A DNA stretch of 62,091 nt, the filler included, from Choristocarpus tenellus KU-1152 (lineage: Eukaryota > Protista > Phaeophyceae), in the NCBI GenBank assembly GCA_964200185.2. It is 9 parts of 9 records of this genome, joined end to end, with 100 filler letters (N's around TTAATTAATTAA, not from the genome) between each part and the next. Parts side by side here need not be neighbours in the genome. Positions count along the whole stretch, not along the records: positions 20,110 to 32,494 come from CAXNAD020001854.1; positions 32,595 to 40,404 come from CAXNAD020005560.1; 7 more parts are not named here. The stretch is one strand, 5' to 3'. The stretch's first letter is position 1. Every line of letters begins with the position of its first letter. Shown piece after piece: positions 23,289-36,800 of this stretch. Below the pieces are notes generated by a model. The model did not search any database. It was not told the DNA's origin and saw only the letters and a program-made list of their open reading frames with translations. The position numbers and the translations under genes are program-made.

Positions 23289-25562
23289 AGGTTATATCTA
23301 CCTACTGGTTCAGAATGAGCTGGTGGATGCATGGAAGGAGTCTGATTGTTGCAATGGCTGGTGAAAGGTGAAGGAAGAGGTGCATTTTTATCGTTGCTGT
23401 TATCTATAGGTTTATATGGGTGGAGTGTGATGCCTGGACTGTTCTATCTTGCCTGCGCTGTTGTTGCCATGGGCCAATGCCCATAGGTGGGAATGGGCCC
23501 TTGGTGATATTTTTTTATCATTTGCGACTTGTTTTCAAGTCAATCCTTGAGAAACATAACATCAAGGGCTCATAGAATGGTATATATAGATGTAGCTTTG
23601 CGGAGTTCAACCATGTCTTTTTTAGTAAATAGGGCAATAGAAACTTTTTGGATTAAGAAGTGTGAGTTCATTGTAGCATGGACATACCCATTCTTTATAG
23701 GGTTCCACCAACACAATATACAGTTTCCTATTGTGTTACCCTACTTCAATTCACAAATTGAAACAACTGGAGGGCCGACATGTCTTTTCTTTTGCTTTCC
23801 ACGTTTTTTTCCTTTCAGGTGAGCTCTTGCTGCACAATGCCTCCCTATTCAAAAGTAGTATACGAACGATATCCTTTGCAGACAGTGAAGCTCCCACTAA
23901 AGCAAAGTTTCCTATGCTATCAGAAACACCACTATCCTTTGATGGGATGTGTCACGACAAAGCCACAACCGTGCTCTACCTCATTGACCTTTTTGCAAGG
24001 TACTGTATCCTGTACAGGTCCGATCTGAATTGAACCACCTGCACACCAGATTAGAAACTAGGTTTAAGCCACCATTCAGGGCAGGAATTCTGTGAGATCT
24101 TGCTACCTCTCTTTTTCTTACACAATTATTCTTAGCTTCAGAGTAGATGTACCCTGTATATATACTAGTACTATATATGTATCTCTGTGTGTGAAGATAT
24201 CTCCCCAAGGGCAGGTAGGTATACATGCTGACGATTGAAAATTGTGCCACTGGAAGCATTGTACGTATGTTTATTTTCACTGATACTTGTCTCCTCGCTC
24301 CTACCAAGGTCTAGCATACTGCCTATACCAGGAGTACCTGACTGTACATGCTTTTCTCCTTGCCTCTGCCTCCAATGTCAAGGCCATGGCATGGGTAATA
24401 TTCCCCCTTTTCGTACATGCATCCAATGGCCTGTACTAATCTGCTTATGCTCTCCTTGTGGCAATTTGTGTCACATGTACCAATCTCTCTTTACCTATCC
24501 ATCTCCTACAAAAGGTCTGCTGTGGAGGAAGTTGCTTGCAGATCTACCTGAACCTTAGAATTGTAGATGAAACCTATTTGTGTTTACCTGGTTCCCTCGA
24601 TTCTTTTGCTTCCCTGTGGTGGATGGCAATTGGGTTTCCTTGTGCAGGAGGCGCAGGAGGGAGTGTGTATGCCGGGTCCCTAAACCTATTGTGCAACTTA
24701 ATGCTAATAATGTTGTGGTAGTGTCAGAATACCTGTTGCTCGTTCCCCTGCCACCTATGCATCAGTGTTCCAGGACTAGGGTGAATAGACATTATGAAAC
24801 GACCAGCTGCCATGTGTGATGTGAAAGAGAAGATAACACCTTTGTTCAGTCTGAGATACGTTCTCGAGCTCTGCAGCATCATACTCGTCGTTTTCTATTC
24901 GTCATTTGAAAGCTTCAGAACGATTTTCCTGTATTCTTCCTTCCAACTCTGTTTCTTTTGACGAGGAAACTGCAACATGCAGGGCTTGCCAGGAAGGAGC
25001 ACAGGCAGGAAGGGTGGAACTGTGAGCGTGACCAATTCCCAACAGAATATTGCATTTATATTGCTTGGTTTCTATCCTGAAACATGTTACTATTGTGTAT
25101 GTGAAAAATTCCTATACGGATACAGATCTAAAAAATAATATTACCCCATTTATGGACTACCCCTTTTTAGATGGTGTTGCAATTGTTCGCAACTTATCCA
25201 AAGACAATTTCTCTCCCTGCGATACATTCTACACCTAGACACATACCTAATGATGCTGTAGATTTTTCACACAACTCAAGTCCAGTTGGAGGTTCTCACC
25301 TGTAGATGCAAAAAGTGTGTTTTGGGCATGGAGCAGAACGTCATTCTGCATCATGTTCTTTATGAAGATAGGCTTTGTTGTGCAACAGATTAGGACGAAC
25401 ATTTTCAGTTGCGACTGCGTCACTACATTCACGTAAAACACTTTCCGTCTCATTCTCGATCAATCCTTTGGATGTGTGTATTTTTTTTGTTTTCACTCTC
25501 GCGTGGACTAGGGAGGAAATGTGCTTTATCATAACTTTAACATTTCAATCTTATGCAAGAAT

Positions 25563-25679
25563 CAAAGTAACTTAGAGGGTAGAGCCGCGTCCATTTAGGA
25601 ACCAAAATCCAATGTTGCAATTTTGATGTTATTTTGACTATCATGTTTGTTAGGAGATGTTAATATCCTTGTTCTGGAG
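25563..25679 (-). mobile_element. MITE family A, inverted truncated copy
   Basis: caaagtaacttagagggtagagccgcgtccatttagga...aatgttgcaattttgatg...ccttgttctgga is the reverse complement of the right half of family A. Confidence 0.8.
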
Positions 25680-25699
25680 CACTCTGAGTCAAACGAACT

Positions 25700-25927
25700 A
25701 AGAGGTAGGCAAGTTTGCATTGTAAGGGTCCCAGCAAAGAGCAAAAAGATGACATTTTGTAAAATTGTAGAAGAGCCTTTGTTGAATTGAGATGACACAT
25801 TATGTGTGGAAAGGGGGAATATAATTTCGTATATAATATTGTGCACAAAAAGCAATGAAATATGGTGTATTATAGAGGGTAACAAAGATGACTTGGAGTG
25901 CAAAAGGTCCAAACTTGCCTACCCCTG
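25700..25927. mobile_element. MITE family B (about 228 bp, hAT-like TIRs)
   Basis: agaggtaggcaagtttg (25701-25717) versus caaacttgcctacccct (25910-25926) is a 16/17 inverted match. The right end reads CAGGGGTAGGCAA on the - strand, as in hAT-type termini. No TSD found. Confidence 0.75.
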
Positions 25928-26460
25928 TTTTGGTTTGGCTCTCTAAACGGAGGTTTCGAGCCTATTTGAACAAAGGTTCCGTCTACTCATCTTCAGTCAC
26001 ACTCCTCCTAACAGGGATTAGCTATCTTTCGGTCATGGGAATGGGATGCCAGGTGGAAGGTTTAAATAGTCCTAAATTATCGAAAGGGCATAGACAGGAC
26101 CCCGTCTAAGATAGGAAGCTCATGGCTTAGACATTATGAATCACAAAACATCTGTGACAAAGGTGTGCTTCAATTCAGGGAATTTTCCATCCAAGGAACA
26201 TACACACCATCACAAGAAGCAATGGAAGTATCCCCCTCCCTAACTGGGACATTCTGCGTCAGGGACAGTAGTCTGACCGGGTGTCAAAATGCTTCGTCAC
26301 CATCGTGTTCTGGACCCTAAAGCTCAATGGAAAAACAAGAAATAGGGGACACAGCTCTGTACGGAATAATAACATAACAAGCAAGACCAATCGTCGATTG
26401 CTTGACTATCCAAAATACTCGAGAGAGATGAAAGGGTAGCTGTTGGCAACGACAGAGAGT

Positions 26461-26709
26461 GAAAGTATCTTAGAGGGTACGAGTTTTGCCCTGTTTGTCC
26501 ATTTGGGGCTTGGCTTCCTATGGGCGTTTTATTTCATTTTCCTTCTCCAAATGTCTCTGAGTGGGTAAAATGTGTATGTTATTAGAAGTCGTGTCCAAAA
26601 TATCGACATTGACACTTCCTAACACACATAATAGCCAAGATTACATCAAAATTGCAACATTGGACTTTGGCTCCCAAATGGACGCGGCTGTACCCTCTAA
26701 GATACTTTG
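26461..26709 (+). mobile_element. MITE family A, complete copy (about 249 bp)
   Basis: Perfect 19-bp TIR: aaagtatcttagagggtac (26462-26480) and gtaccctctaagatacttt (26690-26708). Non-coding interior; six full or partial copies in the window. Confidence 0.88.
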
Positions 26710-27914
26710 GCACAGAGCAGAGTCCTGCAGAGTGTCATAATCTTATTAGTGTTACCCTCCCCCCCCCAAAAAAGCAACACAAAAGTGCTTGCAGAAACCT
26801 TACATGCGCTGGTGATCTGTAATAAGATAACTTCAAGTCCAGAGAGGTGGAACTTGAACTTATCACACAGCTTGTCTGCAACACATGATGGCAGAACAAT
26901 ATTTGATACCCTTCCTTGCAAAAAAACAGAAAAAAATGACAGAGGGTATCACTTTTTTCTGCATTATTTCCTTGTCAATACAGATCAGCATCAAGAGTCT
27001 CGCCATCACAAGCTCCAGCAACCATTTATCTTTGATACCTACCAACATGTGCATCTTACTATGAAGAATTAGATGCTATTGTACTAATAGGTGATCAACT
27101 GAGTTTGAAGCACATGATTGTTGGATCTTTTCCCATATGCATGCAGCAACCTGGTATTTGAGGACCGACAGTGCCAACTGTGCCAGGGTTTCTGTAAAGA
27201 GTTCAAGTAATTTCCCAATGCTGCTGCGTTGAGTAGATTGAAGGTGTCGAGATGTGAAGTCACAGTAGTGGTGTGCTCGATTGGCCCTGATGAAACAGAG
27301 GGGTGAATGATTGAATCATCGTGCGCTTCGAAAGATACAACTTGACCAGATGAGAGACAGAGAATACTACTATCATGTTCATGTATACTATTAAAATACA
27401 AGAGAATAAAGATGCCCACGATTTACTCCACATTGTGTGCGGGGATAGGCACCGAGGACCTGCCCAACTGTTGCCTTGTGGCTTGATGCAAAAGACAACA
27501 TGTGGATACTAGGCACGCACACACATGCCTTAGAGCTGGAGGACCAGTATGGTTGCACATGCCTATGGTCAGCCAACTGGGTTGTGTCTGCAGGTGGATG
27601 ATAGAATGTCATATTATCAGTGTATAGGTTCGTAGTTGTGCTATAGAGTTGTCTACCTGTTTTCACAAATTCCACATTTTGATTGGTATGTTTGAAGGTT
27701 TTTATCGTAAGCAATAAAAACTCTGCTGTTGGTGTTCTTGTTGTGTTCTGCCTTGTATGTCGTTTCTTGTCCCCTCCACGACAAAATGTGCAAAATGCCA
27801 GGGGCATACTCTAAGCACTGTCTTGAATTTTCCGGATGGAAGAAAATTGAGAATGGTTTGATTTAAGAAAAAAAAGTGGGGGATACTACACTGAGTGATG
27901 AAACTGGTCCGATC

Positions 27915-27990
27915 ATCACTGTGGCTCAGTGGTCAGTGGAGTTGGGACCGGTTGGGATTGCAGGGTTTCAATCCCCAATGGCAGACTTCT
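27915..27990 (+). mobile_element. Possible tRNA-derived SINE head or tRNA pseudogene
   Basis: A-box TGGCTCAGTGG (27922-27932) and degenerate B-box GGTTTCAATCC (27964-27974) at tRNA-like spacing, followed by a T-rich run. No clean cloverleaf. Confidence 0.35.
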
Positions 27991-29171
27991 TTTCATCAAA
28001 ACCCTTTTCGACTATCCAAAAAAGTCCACACGGCAAGCACTACGGGTTGTAATCCGTCCACCCGTACTAGGTTCATATCTTGTAACATGACAAAAACTTA
28101 GTATCAAGAAGGGCCTAGGTTGAAAGGCTCCATTGCTGAGTAACCAACGTCAGGAAAAATCCAGCATAAGATTTGAGGGAGGAGACAGAGGTTTACCTGT
28201 GGTATGGCTGAACCAACGTACCAGAAGCAAGGAACGACCAAAGGAGTGGTAGTACAACCGGTCGTTGTGTAACAGTTACCTACAGTAGTTAGTAAGAGAA
28301 GTAGTAGTGCAGTGTGTAGTGCTTCTGAAGATAATAACATTGGTTAAGTAGTGTTGCAAAGAAGGATTCTTATGTTGCATCGAGAAAACCCCACATCTTG
28401 CTCTAACTTATGTATTTTTTTTATCAGTATTAATTTTGTAAGGCGCAGCACACTTACACTGTTCATGTACAAAGCTCTTGAAGGGGCTACACTTTGATAC
28501 ACTACAAGGTTGCTGACCACAGCTGAACTCTCCATTTATCCCTCCTCATGGAGGTTGTACCCATGGCCATGACAAGTCTTGGTACAGAGAGAGATGGAAC
28601 TTTCTTTGTCGAGCCCTTTCAAGTGCAATTCACAACACAACAATAGCTGCAGCCTCTCCATCTGTCTGTACAAATGACTTGAGACGATGTAAACCTGTAA
28701 CACCCGTGCCAACTACGTAGAACACTCTTATTTCTAAACGAAGGCAGGACCGTAAAAACGAAAACACTGAGCAATGTAAGATCCTGATGGGCACAATCTT
28801 GTTCGAGTGTGAACAATATATATTTATATATATAATAGTACGTACAAAAGGAGAAAGTACTACAGAGCTAAAACAGAAAAGCACACTCTGTAAGGCGTAG
28901 TCACAACATACAGAGCAACAAACATCATACACAGCAGGAGGTGACTCTAAAAAACAATTTGTTACCTCACTGCAACAAAAAACAATTGAATGTACTTCAT
29001 TCAAATATCGAGAGGAACTTTTGCATCAGGTGAGAATCCAAGATAGTGTTATGTTTTCGGTCAATGAACTGACTACCAATCAAATCTGTCCATATCCCCC
29101 ACTGGCCTACCTCTTCCAGTCTCAATCCCTTTGCGTTCTTCTAACGTTCCCACGTGCCGTCATTGAATTGT

Positions 29172-29990
29172 TCATTGTCCTATGAGACAACCTCCATCTC
29201 CAAGTAGGCCGCACCACAGGTCTTCCACAATTTTTTGGTCTGCTGCCTCAGCTCTTGAGGATGTCCTCAGTTGGCAGGCCTGTAAATCCGATTCCTGAGG
29301 AGAATCTGGCGCTTCAATACAGGTCCACAGTGTACAAAGCCACGATAGCGAAACCTGTTCCTCGTCAGGTGAGGTATCTACTACTTCCACACTGAATGCT
29401 TGTTGAGATCGATCGATCTCCTCTGACCCTGACAGGGGACGGACTTGTCCACCTGCGCGAAAAGATACTGACGAGAGGTGCGGGGACTGGCATTCCTGTT
29501 CCTCGAGATTCAGGCAAGTCAAGTACTGGTGGCAAGGATAGACGTCGTCTATCTCCCTCGAGGTAGTGTCTGTATCTTCTGGGCATGTTGTTGGAGCAGA
29601 TGTTGTTGGAGCAGATGTGGTTGGTGTTATGGAGCCGTCCTTAAAGTGAGCGGATAGTGGGGAAGTTCCTGGATGTCGGGTCTTCGGCGTTGTAACGACA
29701 TCTGCCAACGGTGCAAGCGTCTGGTCCATCGGTCTTGTGGTGGTCTTGTTGTTGTTGTCGTTTTCACAATGTAGAAGTCTGTCGCACAATCTCGGGGTGT
29801 GCTCTTGTCGTGCTGCATTAGACCCTGCACCATGATCTCTACCTCGTGTTTGGGAGCTTCGGACTGCCAAGCGGATAGCTCGAATTGCATCAACGTCGGC
29901 GAGGTGGTCCTCAAGTCTATCTTGTCCCGCCAAATAGGGGTCATCCCAGCGTGGTCCATGCATATCTGTTGTGAGTGGCTGCCGTTTCAT
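29172..29990 (-). CDS. Hypothetical protein or terminal exon, Thr/Ser/Pro-rich
   Basis: 272-codon ORF, more GC-rich than its flanks, with an in-frame PTTSA repeat and a possible acceptor ctcacaacag near 29966. No recognisable domain. Confidence 0.45.
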   Translation of the reverse strand: MKRQPLTTDMHGPRWDDPYLAGQDRLEDHLADVDAIRAIRLAVRSSQTRGRDHGAGSNAARQEHTPRLCDRLLHCENDNNNKTTTRPMDQTLAPLADVVTTPKTRHPGTSPLSAHFKDGSITPTTSAPTTSAPTTCPEDTDTTSREIDDVYPCHQYLTCLNLEEQECQSPHLSSVSFRAGGQVRPLSGSEEIDRSQQAFSVEVVDTSPDEEQVSLSWLCTLWTCIEAPDSPQESDLQACQLRTSSRAEAADQKIVEDLWCGLLGDGGCLIGQ

Positions 29991-30166
29991 GGCCCATGCA
30001 TGTATTGTGAAAACAGGGTTATGCTGAGCCTAGGATCGTCCTAGTGCAGGCAAATTTGCTTTGGTGGAGTCTTGATCTGGTGAAACCTACGCTAGGCACT
30101 TTGATTGAGAGTATTGAAAGGAGGTATGGTCCTGTTGACCTCAGTCTGGGTGAGGGAGTGTTATTG

Positions 30167-30219
<53 letters not shown>

Positions 30220-30828
30220 CAAAATCAGTACCAGGTTTAAGTGAGAGGAAGCATAGGGTGAAACATGGAAGTTTTTTGTAGTCGGTGCTATACCTTACCT
30301 TGCGAGGAGATATCTCAGCTTAACGCCGCTGCAAGTGATCCTGCAGCACCTAATATAACTCCAATATCTTCGCTTTAGTCATGGATGAAGCAAACCAACG
30401 GTTCATGAACAAGATGTATCGGGAATTGTGAGATTCCACATTGTTATAACACCAAAACATCAACCGTTCAACGGTCAACCATCTGTAGTTAGAACTGAGG
30501 CAGTTACTACGTACCAATTTAAAACAAATATAAAGATAGAAATGTAGGACCACAAGACATCAGGATCTCACCTTTTGATAGGAACTAACCACCATCCCAA
30601 CAAATAGATTGGAAGGTGAAACAAGAAGGGGACATCTTGCTGATGCCCTATTTGTAAGAAGCTCCCGCCTTGCTGCACGTACAGGCACTTCCCTGCAGAG
30701 TGTGCCCGTGCCCAGGGAGGATACCAGTGGCCCTGGAAGGGTTCCTTCTGTGCTTCGCCATTCCATCAGTTTTACACAACGCACTACAGTTCGAAAAGAT
30801 AGTGCACAGACCTGGGTTGATAAGCACA

Positions 30829-32408
30829 ATGGAAGATCCTGTTTCTTCTTCTGGTGCATATAAAGACTTAGAGACACTGAACCATGTGGATTCGGTAAAT
30901 GAAGGTAACAATAGGACCGACTACACCATGAATCTCTCATCAATAGAACCTGACCATTGTGAGGCAATAGCGGTTTTGCCTGGAGATAACGGGGGCTTAT
31001 CAAGTTCTCCTAGTTCTCCTGATACTTTTGTGGATGATATAGCTAAAGAAGGTGTGATGTCTATACCAGGACTTGATTCGAATCGAATTGCAGAAGTTGT
31101 GACTGGTTCGCCAACAATTGATGAGTGCAACCACTCACCTCCTGAACCCCACCGCACTTTCTATGTTGTGGTTAAAGGGAGGAGCGATTCGATACAATCA
31201 AAACACAAGGTGGATGAGCCTTCTGGTCGTACCACTTTGACGGCTTCTTTGACTGCTGGAACCGAGGCCCTACTCCTGGAAAATGCAATGCTTCGCATGG
31301 CGTTGGGGGTGGCACGAGAAAAACTGCGTCGGCATGGGCAAAATGGGTGCGACGGGTCAGAGAACGAGACCGCGGGTGTAACGGGAATAGATAGACAGTT
31401 GCGAGAACCTGATGTAGGTGGAGTCGCATTCACCATGATGAGGCGCCTGCTGCTGAAGGACGGGGAGTTTCTTCAGCAGAGCTTCCTACCCTTTCTCAAT
31501 CTTGTGGACTTAGGGAGGTGAGGTCATACCCAGCGTTCCAATCCATACCATTGATTTTCTTTGTGGTTGCTTGCCGTACAAAGCATTCAAGCAGTTGTGC
31601 CTGTAGTACATGTTGAAAACTGAAATCCCTAAGTTGTTGGGGAGGCTGTACAGTTCGGTTTAGCCCCATTGCTCTCCTGGTATTGCCGGTGTTGCGACTT
31701 TCTAGTGGATTAAAATGTTCCCCAACGCTACTAGATTCTGGGCGGATATGTTATGATACCATTAATGCACGATGTGGAATGCTGCCAAGAACTATAGTTA
31801 TTGTTTGGTTTTGCAGTTTCATTTTATCCCTAGCCGGATCCCCTTCCACTCTCATGACAATCCCCCATTTTCTATCTGCTCTGTCTTCCTCTTCAGGGGT
31901 GCTTTGTGCAAAATGACTCTCTCCGCTGGTTGGTTGTAGACTAATTCTGCAGCTTGTTTCAGTGTTGAATGCAGTGTGATTGGATGAATGTCTACCCAAA
32001 TAATCATGATCACAGACCGAGTTAAAAATGAGAGCGGATGTAGTGGTTTTGATATCCTTGCTAGAGATGGTTCCTTGAGCTCCCGAACACACACGCACAC
32101 ATTGCGTTAAGAACAACACAAATCATGTTAAGATGCACTGTCAAATCATCCTCTTAGTGAATAACAGGTGCAAAAAAAAATTGTGAGCAGTAGTCTCAAT
32201 AAAAAAACATACCTTTTAAAAAAGAAATCTCTATGCACCTCTCTCCCCCCACTCACTCACCTTGTGCATGAACAAATTTTCAAACAACTGGAACAAATAT
32301 TCAAACCCAGATGCAGCCAAGTATGCCGCCGCTTGAAGAAGGTGGTGTACGAGCCGCATGTCATATCTCGATGCATTCGTACAGGTGGTGTCACAGATGC
32401 AGTCCGAG
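30829..32408 (+). CDS. F-box-like motif protein, probably continuing into a Rab-GAP TBC domain; 3' partial (exons 30829-31517, 32311-32408)
   Basis: A phase-2 GT-AG intron joins FLQQSFLPFLNLVDLGR to CSQVCRRLKKVV (F-box pattern I..FL...DL.R.S.VCR.W). This is followed by ISRCIRTGGVTDAVRG, resembling the TBC N-terminal 'R.GIP..LRG.VW' motif. The contig ends at 32494. Confidence 0.65.
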
Positions 32409-32494
32409 GTGTGAGAAATGTTGAATGAGGCACGGGGAGATGGGAGGATGGGGGGGGGGGGGGGGGAGTGCGTTTAGAAGGGCTAGGAAGTTTT

Positions 32495-32594
32495 NNNNNN
32501 NNNNNNNNNNNNNNNNNNNNNNNNNNNNNNNNNNNNNNTTAATTAATTAANNNNNNNNNNNNNNNNNNNNNNNNNNNNNNNNNNNNNNNNNNNN
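32495..32594. other. Artificial contig spacer
   Basis: N44-TTAATTAATTAA-N44. Confidence 0.98.
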
Positions 32595-32613
32595 GGGGTC
32601 AGACGTGTTCCCT

Positions 32614-32648
<35 letters not shown>

Positions 32649-32689
32649 GCCCCCCCCCCCCCCCCCGTCACGCCCTCCGCCACCAGCGC

Positions 32690-33820
32690 CTGACAAAGAT
32701 TGTCCAACTCTTCCCACTCTTGTCCCGTTGCCGAGACCAAGCTTACCCCCATCAGCAGTCCCAAATGCAAGCATCCTCCCATCTGTGGTAACCACCAAAG
32801 AGTGTTCCCTACCACAGGCAACACTTGCAGCACGGACACCTAGGTGGTCAACCTTTGGGTGGTGGGAGGAATGGGGGCAGGGTTAGGGGGGTGGGGGTGG
32901 GGTGGGGGGCAGGTCTTCTCATATGAGCATCTCGGTTCTTTAGCAACAATGTATTATAACAATGGATAATTTCTCATCAGCCTGTACTACTGTCAAAGGT
33001 CCCAATGTGTATTGGAACTTACTAGTACACATTTAATATTCAATTCTAACAGCAATTCTAATAGTAGGCTAGAGAGATAGCATTGTCGTGTCAGGGAAGC
33101 ACTTCACGCACTCTAGTGCATCGACCAATTCACAATAATAATAATTTTAGCAATATATATTTTTTAGAGTTATTTATCTATTACCATTGACTATATAGAC
33201 CTGTTGAACAGCAAATATTTATGTACAAACAAACATACATGTGATTGGAATAAAAGTCGATTTTTCCTTGCATTAAAAAAACAACAACACACACACAGAC
33301 ACATTTTTCTTAAACAGGGACTTTGATCCAATCAACAAACTCAACTGTGCTTCTTACAATAAATACACCCTATTCTCCTCCCTCATCCAAAGAGCATGTT
33401 TTATGTTTTTTTCAGTGCCAGAGGAGAAAGGGCAGGATCCAACAGAGACTCAAAATTTCCAAGCCTTGGAAAAAAAAAAAAATGGAATACCCAACGGTGA
33501 GCAAACACATTCTGTCAAAAAACAATAAAAACAATAAAAAGGTATGAAATTTCACCAACAGAATTGCAATACCTCAAAATACATTGACCAATACCTGCTA
33601 CAATAATAGTGATAACAACAATAATACTATCACTACCGATACAAAAATAGTATGATACTACCACAACATTATTATTATTATTATTATTATAAGTAGTAGT
33701 AGTAGTGGTAGTAATAGTAGCAGGATTCTAATTGAAAGCGCTTGTGAGGTGAATGTATTTCTCCAACCTTTTGACCTCATCTGATGATTGACATCAATCA
33801 ACACCCTTTCGGACAAACAG

Positions 33821-33870
<50 letters not shown>

Positions 33871-36800
33871 CCCCCACACCCCCCCACACCCACCATTTTT
33901 TCCCCCCTTCCCACCCCTCCTCTTTNNNNNNNNNNGAGGTGGAAATGTTTCCCCCACCCCTTCTCCCCACCATTTAAAATTACACCAACCCCCCCCCTTT
34001 CCGACCAAACGCCCCCCCCCCCCCCCCCCCCCCCCCCCCGACCTTGTGAACGTTACAACTGTCTGTAACAGTCACCAATTCCTACTCTGCTCTACCAGCA
34101 GATCACTCCTTTTTTTGTTTGTCTTTTCACAAGTATTACTGCTATCTCATCACTACCAACCTGCACCAATGTGGGATACACAGGCATATCCGATATTCTT
34201 ATCAATATTCTTGTCATTACTACTACAACTATGCATCAATTTGGGGTATAGTACACACACACACACACACACACAAATCACGTAAAAATTTATCAATTTA
34301 TTTTTATTATCACACACTCAAGAAAAAAAACGTCGGGGTTAGGGTTAGGGTTAGGGTTAAGGTTTTCCTGGCAACAACAGCAAAAAATCTCGAGGACCAA
34401 CTCCCTCCCACAAATATCCCTCTTCCCAGCAAGTAATTGTTACAAACAAGATGTGGCTTAGAATCGACCTATCAGTTCACAGTCACCCCACACACATGTT
34501 CTGGAGTGTTACAAATAGTGACCAATCACAGTCTGGCATTTGAGAAACATGCTACTGCACTATATTCAGGGTCATGTGATAGCCCTTGCTCGGCTTGGGT
34601 CAAGGCTTGGTCAACCCCCTCCCTCACTTCCCTTCTCAGAAGGCATGTCTGCTGCTGGTTCTCATCCCTCATCCCTCAACCCTCATCAATCAGAATACTA
34701 TAGACATACTACAGACATACTACACACACCCCTTCACACAAAGGACTCCTCGAAGTAGTACAGTACTTTAATTTCTTGACTTGATCACACCTACCAATAT
34801 TATTATTATTATTGCTATTATTGCTATTGTATACATTATTGTTGCCTTAAACTCAAGGACTGTGAGGTAGAACACGACATCATAAAAAAAATATTACTTC
34901 CACGGGAGGACAAATCAACAAATAAAAACAACCAAAAATAGGGTGAAGTTTAGGGTTAGGATTGATAACACACCATGCCATATAACATGTTACAGTACAT
35001 CTCTATACTCCAAATCCATAATGATATCACAGCCAATCACAATCACCGAAACTCAAACTAAGGTAACCCTAACCCTGACTGAGCTACACCCATCAAAACA
35101 TCAAACTCATAAGAAGCTTATCGTCAACTCATCCAACACACACACCCCTATACATTTCCTCACATACCACCTGCCATTATACACATGAAAAGACTGCAGT
35201 AAAAATAAAATAATTAAATTAACCCCCCCACCCCCTACTCCACCAACTCACCTCCATTAGGGTCTCAGGCCACAACACAGCTCCCACCTCACCCAACCCA
35301 AGCCTGCCCCCCTCCCCCCACCCCCAGCCCTTGACCTGTCCTGAAGCCATGGAAACTAGGGTGTGCTCCCTACCACAAGCTGCAGACACCACTGCCTGCC
35401 TTGCAGATGCCAGGCGTTGTACCAACTAGGAAAGGGAGGCGTGTTCACATGTTGTTAGTTATTGTGTCTATCCTAATATCTCACTTTAGTTCATGAAACA
35501 AAAATAATCAATCCTCCCCCTCCCCCCACCACATATTCACTCTTATTCACTGAAGGTATTGTTCTTTTTCGTCTATCAACCCTAACTGATGTCCCTTGGC
35601 TACACATGAGAATACCTGCAATTAACTAATACTAAAACAGAGATAAATAATGATACATACACATAGCTTTCCCAGTACTGAACAGCAACTCTGAGTATTG
35701 AATGACACGGTACCAATATGGTTTTAACACAATACTTGTGTGGTACTAACACAGTACTTGCATGGTACTAGTATGGCACTGGTATTGTACAACCAGTTTA
35801 TCAGTACAATGCACTACCACTATACTGGCATGGTACTAGTACACAATGGTACAATACAACCACAATTCCATCACTGCACTAGCTAGCAGGATACTGGTAT
35901 GGTACTATTAGACACTGGTACAGTACAAGCACAGCATCAGTGCTGTACTAGCACAATACTGGTGCGGCACTAGTATGACACAGGAACAATCATGGTACCG
36001 TTATAGTACCACCGCAACAACGGCAGATGTACCACTATTGGTACATCAACAACCCGTAAAGATGGACTTGTAGACACACACCCCTATACATCCCTCGAGA
36101 TGACCAGCTGTAGGAGCAACAACAACAACCACCATCAACACACTCTACAACACAAAACAAAATTTAAAATGCATTACAAGCATCAACATCAATTCAATAC
36201 CAACAAGTTCCCCACACAAGACCTGCGACACCAAACTGTCATATACAAACACAAACAGAAAAGTTTCTCCACGCGACAGACTCGTCTCTCAGTGCATGCA
36301 TGTCTTGGTTTAGGTCTTCATTTTGTTTTCCTCCCCTTGTCTTCAACAAACACTCTCAAGCACACGTAGATCAGTGCCGTGTTTGTCCTAGTTCAGATCC
36401 GGTCAGTTTTTTTTATCCACAACGTAACAAGAACGGTTACATTAAAAAAAAAATTCAATACGGGCTCCTCCTTGCCTCTACATTACACCTCCACATTGTG
36501 CTCGTCTAGAGAGATACGGAGCTTCCTTTAAACCTCCTTTCGAGTCTACCACCCACATACCGTTACCTTCTGTTGTTCATCACAGCATCGCCATGAATGA
36601 TACCATTACTATTATACTGAAGCCCTTAATAGTTAGGGTTAGGGTTAAGGGCAATTCGCTTTGCATCTTCACTTTCCGACGCAGTATTGAAGTTCTTATT
36701 ACTGGCGGTAATATTATAAGAACAATTTACAATTATTTCTCATTGATTGTTATCATTATAATAATATTTATTTACAATGATGATTATATAATTGTTCTCA

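Noticed and set aside
23819-24780. Possible exons downstream of the PPR gene (about 23819-24000 and 24648-24780)
   Set aside because: Reading frame is ambiguous and there is no domain support.
27084-27807. Overlapping minus-strand ORFs as a retroelement fragment
   Set aside because: No RT, integrase or protease motif could be identified.
32605-34068. Poly-Pro/poly-Gly ORFs (also at 8398-8430, 10714-10944 and 46720-46800)
   Set aside because: Derived from long C/G homopolymers next to gaps, typical of low-quality sequence.
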